Assembly: GCF_009914755.1 (NCBI RefSeq)
Contig: NC_060926.1
Length of the DNA: 64,000 bases
DNA from: the human T2T-CHM13v2.0 reference genome, Homo sapiens
Reading direction: 5' to 3' (one strand)
Position numbers and translations under genes: made by a program. Positions 16,338-33,290 of the stretch are shown here, piece by piece. Position 1 is the first letter of the stretch, and each line of letters opens with the position of its first letter. Under the pieces are notes generated by a model. That model saw nothing but the letters and a program-made list of their open reading frames with translations, made no database searches and had not been told where the DNA came from.

Positions 16338-19300
16338 TTATGCAGTTTCTTATTAGAGGAAGGCTTGAACTACACTTTAATCCAATAGATCTAACAGATA
16401 TTTATAGAACAGTTCATCCAACAGCAACAAAATACATATTCTTCTCAAATCACATGAAACACTCTCCAGGATAGATCACATGTTAGGCCACCAAACAAGT
16501 TTTAACAAATTTAAGAAGATTAAAATCATATCGAGTATGTTTTCTGTTCATGATGACATGAAACTAGAAGTCAATAAGAATAACCTTGAACAACTCATAA
16601 TTATGTGGAAATTAAACAACATGCTCCTGAACAGGCAATGGGTCAAAGAAGAAATTATACGGAAAAACAGAAAATATTTTGGGATCAATGACAATGGAAA
16701 CACAAGATAACAAATAGTATGGAATGTAGAAAAAGAAGCCCTGAGAGAAAAATTTATAGTAATAAATGCCTACATTAAAGAAAGAAGGAAAATCTCAAAT
16801 AAACAACCTAATATTACATCTTAGAGATTAGAAAAAGAAGAACAGAATATCCCCAAACTTTGCAGAAGGAAGAAAATAACAAAGATAATGATAGAAATAA
16901 ACAAAGCAAATACTAAAAAGTTGTTTTTTTGAAAAGATAAAATCGAAAAACCTTTAACTAGACTAACCAAGGGAAAAAAGACAACTCAAACAATATCTGA
17001 AATGAAAGAAGGGAGACTAACACTGATAACACATAAATACAAGGAATCATAAACTATTAATGTGAACAACCATACACCATCAAATTGAATAACCTAGAAG
17101 GAATGAACTAATCTTTAGAAACATGCAACCTACCAAGACTAAATCAAGAAATATTACATCTGAACAAACCAATACTGGATAAAGAAAATAGATCAGTAAT
17201 AAATTAAGTCTCCTAACCAAAAAAAAAAAAAAAGGAAAAGGTCACTGGTGAATTCTATTTAAAGAAGTAATATGAATTCTTCTCAAATTCTTCCAAAAAA
17301 TTGAAAAGGAGGTCAAATTCATTTTATGAGGCCAGTATTATACTGATATGAAAACCCTAAGAGTATGCTACCAGAAAAGAAAACTGCAGGCCAATATTCT
17401 TGATGAACATAGATCCAAAAATTCACAACAATATATTAGCAAACTGAATTCCCTAGCACATTTAAAACATCATTCACCATGATTACTTGGGATTTATCTG
17501 AGGGATGCAAAAATGGTTAAACATACATAAATCAATAAATGTGATATGCTACATTAACAAAATAAGAACAAAAATCATATGATCATCTTACTAGATGCAG
17601 ACAAAGCATTTGATAAAATTCAGCATATGTTCATAATAAAATCTCAACAAAGCAGATATGGAAGGAATGTACCTTAACAAAATAAAGCCATATATGACAA
17701 GCCCACGGCTAACATTATGCAAAAACTGAAAAGTTGGGAGCTTTTCTTCTAAGATCAGGAACAAGACAAGGATATCGACTGTTACCACTTCTTTTTGACA
17801 TAGTACTAGAAATCCCATCCATAGCAATTAGGCAGGAAAAAGAAATAAAATACATCCATGTAAGAAAGCAAGAAATAAAATTATCTCTGTTTGCTAATGA
17901 CATGATCTTTATATGTAGAAAACCCTGAACACTCTACTGAGAACTGTTAAAACTGATACATAAATTCAGTAAAGTTGCAGTTTGCAAAATCAACATAGAA
18001 AAATCAGTAGCATTTCTATACATTAACAATGAGGTATCCAACAAAGAAATTAAGAAATTAATCCTATTTAAAACAGCATCAAAATAAATAAATAAAATAC
18101 TTTGAAGTAAATTTAACCAGGAAAGTTGAAGATCTGTACACTGAAAACTATAAGTTGATTTAAAAAAACTGAGGAAGACACAAATAAATTGTAATATATT
18201 TCATGTTCATGTGTTGGAAGAATTAATATTGTTAAAATGTCCATACTACCCAAAATAATCTACAGATTCAATGCAATCCCTATCAAAATTCTAATGTCAG
18301 TTTTCACAGAAATAGTAAAAAATCCTAACATTTGAATAAAATAAAAAAGATGCTAAATGGCCAAAGCAATCTGAGCAAAAAGAACAAAGCTAGAGGTGCA
18401 ATACTCTGTCATTTCAAAATATAAAGCTATGCTATTGGCATAAACACAGATATATTGGCTAATGGAAAAGGATAAAAAGCCCAGAAATAAACCCAATTAT
18501 TTATAGTCAATTGATTTTCAGCAAAGGTGCAAAGAATAAACAATGGGGGAAAGGACGATCTCTTCAATAAATGGTGTTGGGAAAACTGAATATTCCTTAT
18601 GCAAAAGAATGAAATTGGGCCCTTTCTCATACCATATGTTTATAAAACCAAACAAGTAAAAGACTTAAATATAAGAAATGAAACTATAAAGCTACTAGAA
18701 GAAAACATAAAAGAAAAGCTGTATGACATTTATCTGGGCAAGGATTTCTTGGCTAGGACTCTAAAAGCACAGGTAACAAAAGACAATAAGAGACAAGTTG
18801 GATTAGATCAAACTAAAAATGTTCTTTACAGCAAACGAAGCAATAACAGAGTGGAGAGAGAGATCATGGATTGAAATAAAATATCTGCAAACCATACATC
18901 TGATAAAGGGCTAATATCCAACATTATACATAAAAAGCTCAAGCAACTCAACACCTAGAAAATCAATAAACCAATTGTAGAATGGGCAAATAATCTGAAC
19001 AGACATTTCTCAAAAGAAGAGATATGAATGGCCAATAGATATATTAAAAAATGCTCAACATCTCTAATCATCAGAAAAATGCAAATTAAAATCCCAATGA
19101 AATATTACCTCACACCTCCTAGAATGGCTGTTATCAAAAAGATGAATGATAACAAGTGTTGATGAGGATGTGGAGAAATAGGAACCCTTATACATTGTTA
19201 GTGAAAATGTAAATTAGTACAGCTGTTTGAGAAAAATAGCATGGAAGTTCCCAAAACAAATACAATTACCATATAATTCAGCAATTCCACTTCTAGGTAT

Positions 19301-19406
19301 ATAGTGGTATATATTTAATTCCTTTAGAGGAATTAAAATCGTTCTGTCAAAGGTATACCTGCACTCCCATGTTCATTTCAGCATTATTTACAAGAACCAA
19401 GACATA

Positions 19407-19500
19407 TTAGGTTGGTGCAAATGTAATTGCAGTTTTTACCATTACTTTTGCTGCAATTAAAAGTAATGGCCAAAACCGCAATTACTTTTGCACTAACCCA
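19407..19500. mobile_element. MADE1 (Hsmar1-derived mariner MITE)
   Basis: TTAGGTTGGTGCAAA...TTTTGCACTAACCCA near-palindrome with TA TSD. Confidence 0.9.
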
Positions 19501-19699
19501 TACATGCAACCTGTACCCATCAAAAGGTGAATGAATAAAGAAAATGTGATAGGTATGCACAGTGCACTACTATACAAAACTTTAAAAGAACAAATTTTGT
19601 CATTCATCCCAACATGAATGAAACTAAAGGACGTTATGCTAAGCAAAATTAGCCAGGTACAGAAAGACAAATACCACATGATCTCACTTACATGTAAAA

Positions 19700-19876
19700 T
19701 GGGGTGGGGGGAGGGGGGAGGGATAGCATTAGGAGATATACCTAATGTAAATGACGAGTTAATGGGTGCCGCACACCAACATGGCACATGTATACATATG
19801 TAACAAACCTGCACGTTGTGCACATGTACCCTAGAACTTAAAGTAAAATAAAAAAATAAATAAATAAAAAATAAAA
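19700..19876 (+). mobile_element. Very short L1PA 3' end
   Basis: G-rich tract, L1PA 3' UTR terminus and A-rich tail. Confidence 0.92.
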
Positions 19877-20010
19877 AAGTGAGAAGTCAACATTACAGAA
19901 ACAGCATATAAAGGTGGTTGCCATAGGACTGGGGGAAGACGATGTGGAGAAAGTATAAATCTTGATCAAAGGATGTACATTTTTCATTTAGAGTAGAGGA
20001 ATAAATCTTA

Positions 20011-21180
20011 AGATGGATTAAAGACTTAAATGTAAAATCTAAAACTATAAAAACCCTGGAAGACAGCCTAGGCAATACCATTCAGGACATAGGCATGGGC
20101 AAAGATTTCATGATGAAGACACCAAAAGCAACTGCAACAAAAACAAAAATTAACAAATGGGATCTAATTAAACTAAAGAGCTTCTGCACAGCAAAAGAAA
20201 CTATCAACAGAGTAAGCAGACAGTCTACAGAATGGGAGAAAATTTTTGCAGACTATGCATCTGACAAAGGTCTAATATCCAGAATCTATAAGGAACTTAA
20301 ATGAGTTTACAAGAAATAAACAACCCCATTAAAAAGTGGGCAAAGGATATGAACAGACACTTCTGAAAAGAAGACACACATGCAACAAACAAGCATATGA
20401 AAAAAAGCTCAATGTCACTGACCATTAGAGAAATGCAAATCAAAACCACAATGAGATACCATCTCACACCAGTCAGAATGGCTATTATGAAAAAGTCAAA
20501 AAATAACAGATGCTGGCGAGGGTGTGGAGAAAAAAAGAATGCCTACACACTGTTGATGGGAGTGTAAATTAATTCAACCATAATGGAAGACTGTGTGGCA
20601 ATTCCTCAAAGACCTAAAGACAGAAATGCCATTCAACCCAGCAATCCCATTACTGGGTATATACCTAAAGGGAAATACATTGTTCTATTATAAAGACACA
20701 TGCACACATATGTTTATTGGAGCACTATTCACAATGGCAAAGACATAGAATCAACTCAAATGACCATCAATGATAGACTGGATAAAGATAATGTGGTAAA
20801 TATATACCATATAATACTATGCAGCCATTCAAAAAAAAACGAGATCATATCCTTTGCAGGGACATGAATGGAGCTGGAGGCCATTTTCATTAGTAAACTA
20901 AGGCAGGAACAGAAAACCAAATACCACATGTTCTCACTTATAAGTGGGAGCTAAATGATGAGAACACATGGACACATAAAGGGTAACAACACACACTGGG
21001 GCCTATGGGAGGGTGAAGGGTGGGAGGAAGGAGAGGGTCAGGAAAAATAACCAATGCATACTGGGATTAATACCTCAGGGATGAAATAATCTGTACAACA
21101 AACCCCTATGACATGTTTACCTATGTAACAAGACTGCACATCCTGTACATGTACCCCTGAACTTAAAATAAAAGTCAAAA
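20011..21180 (+). mobile_element. 5'-truncated older L1PA element
   Basis: ORF 20095 ([16 protein letters not shown]) and older L1PA-type 3' UTR. Confidence 0.92.
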
Positions 21181-21708
21181 AAGTCACACAATAGGAAATG
21201 AAAAAAATAAATGTATATTTCAAAATTGCTAAAAGAATAGCTTTTTAACTTTCTTACCACAAAAAAATGATAAGTGGGTGAAGTGATGGTTATGTTAATT
21301 AGCGTGATTGAAAATTTCTACAATGTTTATGTAGATCAAAACATTGTTTTGTACCCCATAAATAAGCACAATTTTTGTCAATTAAAAATGAACAAATATT
21401 TAAACAGAAAAAAACATACTACAGAACAAGATCCCTGATGAACATAGATGCAAATAACTTCATCAAAATATTAGCAAACTGAATGCAACAGCCCATTAAA
21501 TGATCATGTACTACGACCAAGTGGGAGTTGTCCCTAGGATGCAAGGATGGTTCAACATATGCAGACCAATAATGTGATACACCACATGATCTGAGAAGGA
21601 TAAAAATCACATGATCATCAGAAGAGATTCAGAAGAAGCATTTGACAAATTTCAACAACCTTTCATGGTAAAAACTAAAAAAAGAAAACAAAAGCTAGGT
21701 ATAGAAGT

Positions 21709-22082
21709 TGCTATAACTTGAAGGTTTGTCCCCTCCAAAGCTCATGTTGCAATTTAATTGCAATTGTGACAGAATTGGGAGGTGAGACCTTTAAGAGGTG
21801 TTTAAGTTATGAGAATTTTACCCTTTTAAATGCATTAATGCTGTTATCTCAGGATTGAGTTCATTATAAACAGGCAGGTTCTGCCTCCTTTTCTCACTTA
21901 TTCTCTCTTTGTGCCATGTGATACCTTACAGCATGTTATGACACAACAAATAAGACCTCACCAGACAGCCCCTCAGTCATGAACTTTCCATCCTCCAGTA
22001 CTGTGATCCCATAAGGTTTATGTTCATTATAAATTACCCAGTCTGTGGTATTCTGTTATAGTAGCACAAATGGATGAGAACA
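21709..22082 (+). mobile_element. MaLR solo LTR (MST-type)
   Basis: TG...CA ends; tttgtcccctccaaagctcatgttg start and ataaattacccagtctgtggtattctgttatag end motifs. Confidence 0.85.
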
Positions 22083-22823
22083 GAGGAAATATACTTCATG
22101 ATAACAAAGACTACTTGAAAATCCCACAGCTAACATCGTATTCAATGGTGAAAAACTGAAAAACTTTCCTGTAAGATCAGGAATAAGACAAATATGGCTA
22201 CTCTTGCCACTTGTATTTAACACAGCACTAGAAGTCCTAGCCAGAGAAATTAGGCAAGAAAAACAAGTAAAAGACATCCCAATCTGAAAGAAAAAAGTGT
22301 TTACAGATGACATTATTTTATATGGAGAGTACCCTAAAGACTCCACACATCAGGAAAATCTGTTAGAACTAATAAACAAATTTACTAGATGTTGAAGGAT
22401 ATAAAATCAACATACAAAAATCACCTGCGTTTCTATACACTAACAATAAACAATCTGAAGAGAAAATTAGGAAAGAAATCCCATTTATGATAACATCAAA
22501 AGAAATAAAATACTTAGGATATGCTTAACCAAGGCATTGAAAATGTATGCACTGAAAACTACAAAATGTTCATGAAGGAAATTAAAGAAGACACAAATAA
22601 ATGGAAAGACCCAGTATTCACGAATTAAATGACTTAATATTGTTAAAATGCCCATACTACCCTAAGTGATCTGTGAATTCAATACAGTACATATCAAAAT
22701 CCCAATAGCATTATTTACTAAAATAAAAAAAGATCCTAAAATTCATATGGAACCACAAAAGACTCTGAATAGCCAAAGCAATCTTAAGAAAAAAGAACAA
22801 AATGGAAGAATCACATTTTCTCA

Positions 22824-23174
<351 letters not shown>

Positions 23175-23775
23175 TAGTATGGTCCTGGCATAAAACAAAT
23201 ATATAGGCCAATGAAACAGGATAGAGAGCCCAGAAATAAACCCATGCATAAATAGTTAACTCATATTCAACAGGGGTGCCAAGAATACACAATAGAAAAG
23301 AGGCCACTCAACAAATAATGTTGGGAAAACTGGATATTCACATATAAAAAAATAAAATTGAATTCTTATATTATACCATACACAAAAATAAACTCAAAAT
23401 AGATTAAACATTTAAACCTAAGACCTGAAAACTGTAAAACTTGTAGAAGAAAACATAGCAGGAAAGCTTCATGATACTGTTCTTGACAATGATTTCTTGG
23501 CAATGACTCCAAAATTCAAACAAGAGCAAAAATAGACAATTGAGACCATATCAAACTAAAAAGCTTTGGGAAAAAAAGGAAGCATTCAAGAGGGTGAAAA
23601 AGCAACCTATAGAATGGGAGAAAATATTTCCAACTATATATCTAATAAATGGTTAATATCCAAAATATATAGGGAACTCCTGCAACTTAAGAAGGCATGC
23701 AAATGGCCAACATGTATATTAAAAGATGCTCAGTATCACTAATCATCAGAAAATTCAAATAAAAACTGTAATGAG

Positions 23776-24594
<819 letters not shown>

Positions 24595-27015
24595 TTAAAA
24601 ATATAACTACCATTTGATCTAGCAATGCCACATCTGAGCATATTTTAAAAATTTGAACTCAGGATCTCAGAGTCCTTACTTCCATGTTCACTTCAGCACT
24701 ATTTACTGTATCCAAATATGAAAACAACCTAAATGTCTATTGATGAATGATGGGATAGAAAATGTGGTATTTGTATACCTGCATGTGCGTGTGCACGTAC
24801 ACACACACACACAAACACACACTATTCAGCCTTATAAAGAAGGAAATCCTGCCATATGCAGCAACTTGAATGAACCTGGATAAATTTATGCTGAGTGAAG
24901 TAACAGAAAAAATATTGCATAATTCCACTTCGGTGAAGTAACTAAAATGGTCAAACTCATGGAAACAGAGAGAAGAATGGTGATTGCCAGGGCATGAAAG
25001 GATGGGAGAATGGAGAATTGCTATTCAATGGGAATAAAGTTTCAATTATGCAAGATGAATAAGTTCTAGGGACTTCCTGTAGTACTTCGTAACTATAGTT
25101 AACAATATATATAGTATACTTAAAAATTTTGTTAAGCAGGTAGATCTCATATTAAGTTTCCTTACCACAATAATTAAAATTAGGAAAGGCAAAGAAAAGG
25201 ATACCACTTTCATTTGTTTTTTTTCTTTGGAATAAATGAGTTCATCACAAAGCATCTACTACGTACTTCTACATAGCATGTGTTAACTAATTGAAGTGTT
25301 GGTCATGTTTTTTCAGGGAAGAGTGGAAAGAAATTCTAAATCATTCAGAAAAGGTCAGAAAATAAAAGCTATACTTAGATTGCAAGATGAAATACTGGAA
25401 GAATGATAGGGGATATGAGTTTTTGATGCTTCTAAATCAGTAACTGTTTCCTGACTTTGGTGGTGATAGTATCAACCCATCCTATTTTACTTCCTGCAGT
25501 AGAAATGTTGTAAGAATAACATTAACAAGCAGGAAGATTAAAGTCAATTGGATGTTGGCTGTTTTATTTATGCTCATACTGCTCTTTCTAGACACGCTTA
25601 ATTTATCCTATGCAGGGAAGACTGAGGAATTACTTGTGTGTGCTTATATATTACATGTATGTATATATAATGCTTAAGTTGAGAAAAATAAATTGAAAAT
25701 CAGTGTACACTTTATAAATGTAAAATGGAACATGAAATTTAAAAATCTTTAAAAATAAACATCTGTATTTGTAAATGTCAGGATAAATAATGCAATATTT
25801 ACTAAATTTTTGTCTACTTGCAAATAGTCAATCATGCACACTAATGACATTTTGGTACATGTACATCTGTCTTCTTAGATGCTAAGCCAGTACCCGAAAT
25901 TATTATTCTCTTTTGTAATTCTACCATTTAGTCTCCAAAGATCTCTTTTTGTATAGGTGGTACCACAACCAGAGTATCTCAGTTAGTTGACAAGAAACTC
26001 CAGAATTAGACTCCTTTATCTCTTGCAAATCACAAGCAATACTGTAGATTCTACCCTCTAAAATGTTTTAATGGAACATATTTCCTATTCTCCATTGACA
26101 CACAGGACTAATTTGGAGACTTAGTGTGGTCCAGGTGGCAGGTCAAGCAGGGTCTGAAATAGTCTTTGGTCCTTCCCTAGTCATTTTGTGCATCACTGCT
26201 AGATTAATTTTTTGTAAAGCTCAGTCTCTAGAAAAAGCAATTCTGGAGCTAGATCCATAATGAAACTACTTTTTAGCTGTCAGGCCATGTGCAAATAAGA
26301 TAATTTTTCTGAGAGGTTAAATGAGGATACTATGTCTTTTAGATTTGTTGTAAAATTTGACTACAATTATGTTAGAAGTATTTTACACAGGATCTGACAT
26401 ATCATGGAGTCTTAATAAACATCAATCTCCTGCTTCCATATTCTTCCCTACTCAACATATATGAATGAAACACCAGCTGCTATTAAAAAAGGTCTAATAC
26501 GGCTTTTTATATCTACTCTCAGGCAGGTTAAAACCTCATCTTTTACTATTTCTCCAAATCTTAAATTTCTTCAAAACCGAAAGCATTGCTATCCCCCCTG
26601 AATTGCTGCCTCTTTTATCAACACAATTCATTTGCTCATTCATTTCTGTTTCACTCCATGTGGGTTAGCCATTCTTTTGCCTCTCCGTTGCTACATGTCT
26701 TCTTTCCCACCTTCCAAAGCCTTCTCAATTGTCACGTATTTCATAAACCATTCTATAGCAGCATCTATTTTTACTCTGACTGTCATGTATATTTTTTGTG
26801 CTTGTTAATTTTTCTTATTGTATTTATCATGATTATAGTATTTGGGGATAGAGCATAGTAGAGAGTTTAATAGAGTACAAGATACATCGAATTTACTACT
26901 GACTCTATCTAACCTTCATCACATACTCGATATATGACCTTGGGTAAGTCACTTAACCTCTGTGTGCCTTTCCTCATTTGTGAAAGAGACTCTGTAATAA
27001 TACTTTTGTGATTGA

Positions 27016-27453
27016 TGTTATGGGTTGGATTGTGTGCCCTAAGAAGGTACATATAAGTCCTAACCCTTAGCACTTCAGAATGTGACCTTATTTGAAAATA
27101 ATGTCATTGCAGATGTAATTAAGATGAAGTCATACTGGAGTGGAGTGGGCTCTTAATCCAGTGTGACTGGCATCCTTACTAGTAGAGGAGAAAGACACAC
27201 AGAGGGAAAATGGCATGTCACTATAATGGGAGAGATTGGAGTTCTGTTGCCATAAACCAAGAAACACCTGGGCTACCAGAAGCTGGAAGAGGCAATAAAA
27301 TATATTTTCTTAGAGGCTTTAAAGAGAACATGGACCTGCTGACACTTTGAATTTGGACTTCTAACCTCCAAAAGTGTGAGAGAATATATTTCTCTTGTTT
27401 TAAGCCCTCAGGTTTGTATTATCCTGTTCTCGTAGGTCAAAGAAACTAATACA
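27016..27453 (+). mobile_element. MLT1-type MaLR solo LTR interrupting a MIR
   Basis: TGTTATGGGTTG...AAACTAATACA; near-TSD ATTGA/GTTGA. Confidence 0.85.
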
Positions 27454-27993
27454 GTTGATGTGAAGATTAATTAATTAAAAATTTCAGAAGATTGCTCAAA
27501 TTACAGTATTCAACAAGTCTTAATTTTCATTACCTGTGTTATTTATTCTGCTATGACATAAACTCCTTGAGCTCAGGAACCATATCTTACGTTGGTCTCC
27601 CCAAGCTCCAACCCAATATATATTACACAAAATAAAATAAATAACTACTTATAAAATGTGTTTTGAATAAATAGTGTATTGATTTTTCTTAATTATTCAA
27701 TCCTCTATAGGAAACATTGGAAAAAACAGAATAGTTGATATATTGCTCAAAACCTATGGGTTTAACCTAAATCATAAGTTAGCCAGAACCTATTATTTAG
27801 AAAATTGTTTTCTGTGCAAAAATGAATAAGATTAAGCATATTTGTAATTGTATACTAGTCAATTATTTGAAAAATAAATGAAGTTCTAATAAAACTAATC
27901 ATGAATTGATATCAAATTAAACTTTACATTATCTTTTTTGGAAAATAATTGTTCATCCCTTTCATTACAATGAAAAATATTTGAAATACTTAT

Positions 27994-28131
27994 CTTCTTT
28001 TTCTGTTGGTTGAAATTATCTATGATGACACCAATGAACAAGTTCAAAGTGAAGAATGACCCAAAGATGATAAAGACGACAAAATAAATATACATGTAGA
28101 GGCTATATTCATATTTGGGCTGCTTGTCTAC
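27994..28131 (-). CDS. SCN9A: SCN9A exon 24 (138 bp), DIII S6
   Basis: ttttatag|GTAGAC...; encodes [46 protein letters not shown]; donor AAG|ataagt (AT donor). Confidence 0.96.
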
Positions 28132-28689
28132 CTATAAAATTTACAAAAGTTAGCATTATATGGACAGTAACATTCATTATTTTCTTTTTCACATGGTTTG
28201 ACCAGGTAATTCAAACAGTGCTATCCTAGGTAAACATAGGATTTAAGAAGCCATAGCATTGTTGAGGTTTAACATAATCACTCTTAACAATTTATTCAAC
28301 ATGTATTCATTACATACTTATTATTTAATTTATTACATACTTATGTAATAAATAATATAATCTTCAAATAACTACAAAGGGCTTAATCATATGCATATTT
28401 GTGCTCATATTGGTAGGAAAATTCAATAACTAAGTGACATACTATGTATATGTTATTTCCAAAAGTACTGTAAATGAGACATTATCATATTTATACACAT
28501 TTTGCCATGTATTTTCTTTTGATTCCGAATACATCTTTATTATATTTTGTAAAAATATTACCTAGGGAGTAATCATTAAAGTTTCTTAGCATGGAACTTA
28601 TTTCACATAAACTCATCCAAGGTGTTTTAAACTGTAAAAACAGTAAAAGCTATACATTAAAATTATTTTATTTTTATTTTGATAAGCGC

Positions 28690-28970
28690 ATATTTACTGA
28701 GCATTTAGTAATGCCAGCCTGCACTAAGTGCCCTGCTTCTATTTTCTTGTTGGGTCCTCACAACACTATGGAGTAGGCATTGGATGATTGTAGACATTTA
28801 TTAGACAAATGATAGATTCATTAAATTATAGATTAGACAAATAAACTAAGTCTCAAGAAGGTAAGGTAATTTGCCCGAAGTCAGTTGTAGAGCTTGGATG
28901 ATATGGTACAGCTAGAATTTGAATCAGGCTCTATCTCCAACTGCTGTACTCACAACCACTAGGCTACTAT
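28690..28970 (-). mobile_element. MIR
   Basis: atttactgagcattt...aaactaagtctcaagaaggtaaggtaatttgccc motifs. Confidence 0.65.
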
Positions 28971-29096
28971 CAGGTGGATGTTCTTCATTGTCTATGTGAG
29001 TCCCAAGGGCTTCATGAAGTTATAGTTTGGAAATCACTGAAATAAACTAAGAAGCTTTTAAAAATAAAGTTTAGTGCTAAGATAATCAATACTTAC

Positions 29097-29150
29097 ATTA
29101 ACAGAATCCACTGCTGCATACATAATAATCGTCCATCCCTTAAAAGTTGC
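29097..29150 (-). CDS. SCN9A: SCN9A exon 23 (54 bp), DIII selectivity-filter loop (K of DEKA)
   Basis: cttaaag|GCAACTTTTAAGGGATGGACGATT...GTTAAT|gtaagt; encodes ATFKGWTIIMYAAVDSVN. Too short for the ORF track. Confidence 0.96.
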
Positions 29151-29674
29151 CTTTAAGAATAACATTAATAGAATTTGAATGTTAAGCTCATATTCTAAAA
29201 TAGCCATAAACAGAGTTTTGTCTGTTTAATGTTACCACAATTATTAAGTAATACTAGTAAGTTTTGCTGTATTCAACATGTCCATTTAATGTAAAGATTT
29301 TTTTAAAAAGGACATATTCCCAAGTAACATTCTAAATCTTAGTCCTAGTTAATTATTTCTAAATTGTTACAGTTGCCTGTGAATTTCGCACATAACCTTT
29401 TATTTTTTAAAGGTGAAGGAAAATTTTATGAATAAGACAGGAAACATCTTTTCTCCATTTTTTAAAGGGTTCTCCATGCCTGTGGGAAGTTCCTCTCATC
29501 CCTTCATAGTGTGAAGCAGGAAGTTCAAAAATGTTCATTTTTGAAGCAATATTTGAATGGTGCAAGATGGGAGTCCACATGACACCAAAGAGTCAATTAT
29601 AAATTAATAACTCAAATGCAACAGAACCCATGCTTCTTATTCATGTAGGAACATGTTCTAGGAAAGACCAACAC

Positions 29675-29983
<309 letters not shown>

Positions 29984-30080
29984 AAGACTGGCACTGTTAA
30001 AAACCACACAGTATTTTATCTTCAATTTATAATTAATAGACTATTTAAAGAATAACATATCCTTCGTCCAATATCTATTA

Positions 30081-30395
<315 letters not shown>

Positions 30396-31474
30396 CTAGT
30401 ATTCAAAAGAAAGAAAAGCATGATTAGGATTAGTAAGATGTTAAATAGGCAACATGAAAGAAATGCCATGCAGACATAAATAAATTAGAAAAGCCGCCCT
30501 TAAATATCTAAGACATCAAACCAACCAGCCGACTCATGTTTATTAAATGCCTACTCTACACTCAGCAGTGTGCCAAGCAAGACAAAATAAGACATGAACT
30601 CTGTGATCACCAGGCTTACAAATTACATGATTATCACACAATAAAATTGTTAGCAAAATATAAGACAAAATAACTAAGATAATATAATAGCTTAAATAAA
30701 TGTAAAATAAATAAAAATAATAAACCAAAACCTGTTATTGATAAGGTAAACTTGTAAAATCTGTACACTCTGGAAAAAAAAGAAATGTATAAACATAAAT
30801 GAAAAATATATATTTATATACATTTAAATGTTCATGATCCTATTATTACCAGCATTAAAGATTCCCCCATAGAGAAACTATTGGTGTATATCAGGTAGGT
30901 GGAATTATGACTGGACATCATTTTAATTTAATTTAATTATTTTCTTTTCTTATTCTCTTTTTTTGAGACATTCTCCACAAAAGGATTGAGAATCTTTAAA
31001 TGGTTTAAATCCTTTAGATTTGGCTGGTTCTACGAAATAAGAGCAATCGTTTTAAATTTATTATTATTACTCTAAATACTTTATATGTAAGCCTTTGACT
31101 AAATATATATAGTGCTGGCCTCAGTTAAGACAAAAATTAGGAACAGTTTTTCTTTAATCCTTTCTTTATTTCTGCTTTTCAGCATTTGTACTGCTATTGA
31201 TCACCAGTTTGTCTTTGCCACTCCAGTTTTCATCCAGGGCAATTCCTGTGGCATTTAACACTCTCCAGATTTTCTTATTTACTTAATCTTTCAAAACCTA
31301 CCTGTCATCTTACACTTCAGCTTGAGCACCCATTCAAGTACAAATGTGTTAAAGATTAACCTGTTAGGGAAGGAGCACTGGGATCCTTCTTTTCTGCAAT
31401 GTATTAAGCAGGTTCTCAAGATGCTTTAAAATAGAGAAATACTAAGGATCTCTGACTACTAATCAGATCATCTA

Positions 31475-31650
31475 GGGAGAAGGTTTGCAAACATTTTTAT
31501 AAATATTTTTAGGCTTTGTGGGTTATATCTCCGTTGCAACTATTCAACTCTGCCATGGTAGTCATGGGTCATACATAAACAAACTGGTATGGCTGTGTTC
31601 CAAGAACATTTTTACAAAAACAGGCTGGGGTTTGTTGACCTTTGGTCCAG
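31475..31650. mobile_element. hAT-Charlie MITE (MER58-like)
   Basis: aaatattttaggctttgtggg...gttgcaactattcaactctgcc...ggctgtgttccaa motifs. Confidence 0.7.
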
Positions 31651-32869
31651 AGCAATGATTATTTGGAGTTCATGGACCTGTAGAGGTTTCCTGGGGGCAT
31701 GAAATTATATAACAAACATTATGGTTGTGCTGTCTTTCCGGAAAGACAATTCTAACTTTCATCAGATTCTTACTGTCTATGTGACCTCAAAAAAGATTAG
31801 GAGGAATAGGAATAGAGAATGAAGTTCAAAGTAGCCAGCTCTTAATAGAGCCTACCTTTTCATGCTCATTTCCTGCTGCCCTCCCTACTATGTTTATCAC
31901 GTAGGCACTCTGATACATCTAGTCACTGACCAAGCACACCTTGCACAATCTATTCTGTGCCTCCCTACCATGTGGTATCACTGCCTTGAATGCCTATCTG
32001 CCTATGATTTGGGGCTTACTCTTCAGTCATGAAATGTCTGAAATGTCACCTCCTTGTGATGTCTTCCCAGACTTCCCCGGATAGCCACTCCCTACTGTAT
32101 ATTCCTGTATCATTATGTGCCCTTGTCTGTCTCTCTTGTAACCATTGACCCTACTCACTCTTTGGGGACTGGGGTCTATGTACCACTGTACTCTGTGTTT
32201 TTTATATCACAACACCTGACACATAGTTGGTGTTTAAAATGTTTTTCTAAAAAATGTGAGTAATGATGGAATCATGGGTCTCCGAGAAAGACAGGCACCT
32301 ATTGGTCTGATGAGAAGCCAGTTGGGAAAGCTAAAGAGCCTAAGGACTCAAACAAGCTGACTACAATATGCCTCAAATGCATTATTTCATTATTTCATTT
32401 ATCCTTCAAAATAGCCCTGCGGCATGAATAAATGTCTCTTTTTGCATGGTTAACAAATGTAACTAAATAGACATTTGCCTCTCAAAATATACTAAACTAT
32501 TCTCCTGCATCCAATTCACCTGTAATACAGATAAAGAACAAAGAGCAAACAGAGTTAAATAGTGGGCTGGCTTAATCACTGAAGGAAGTGGTTTTGTAGG
32601 GGAAAGTTGTGATAGATTGTAACATTCTATTAATGCTCAAAAAATTAAGTTAATGTCAATGAATTCTAATACCACCTTTCTGCACAAAATGAAACTTGTA
32701 ATTTTCAACTTGTAGATAGAATATTTTTGAATTGTGCTTATGAACTTTTTTGTATAATCATGATCTTTCTTTTATACTTGGAAACCGTTATACACTGGAT
32801 AATTAAAATAGCAGAGATTGCAGTCATAATTAGGTTTGTAGGGATAACAGTGAAGATTTGGTAGGCTGA

Positions 32870-33290
<421 letters not shown>

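Noticed and set aside
19700-19722. G-quadruplex-forming tract
   Set aside because: Standard polypurine tract of the L1PA 3' UTR.
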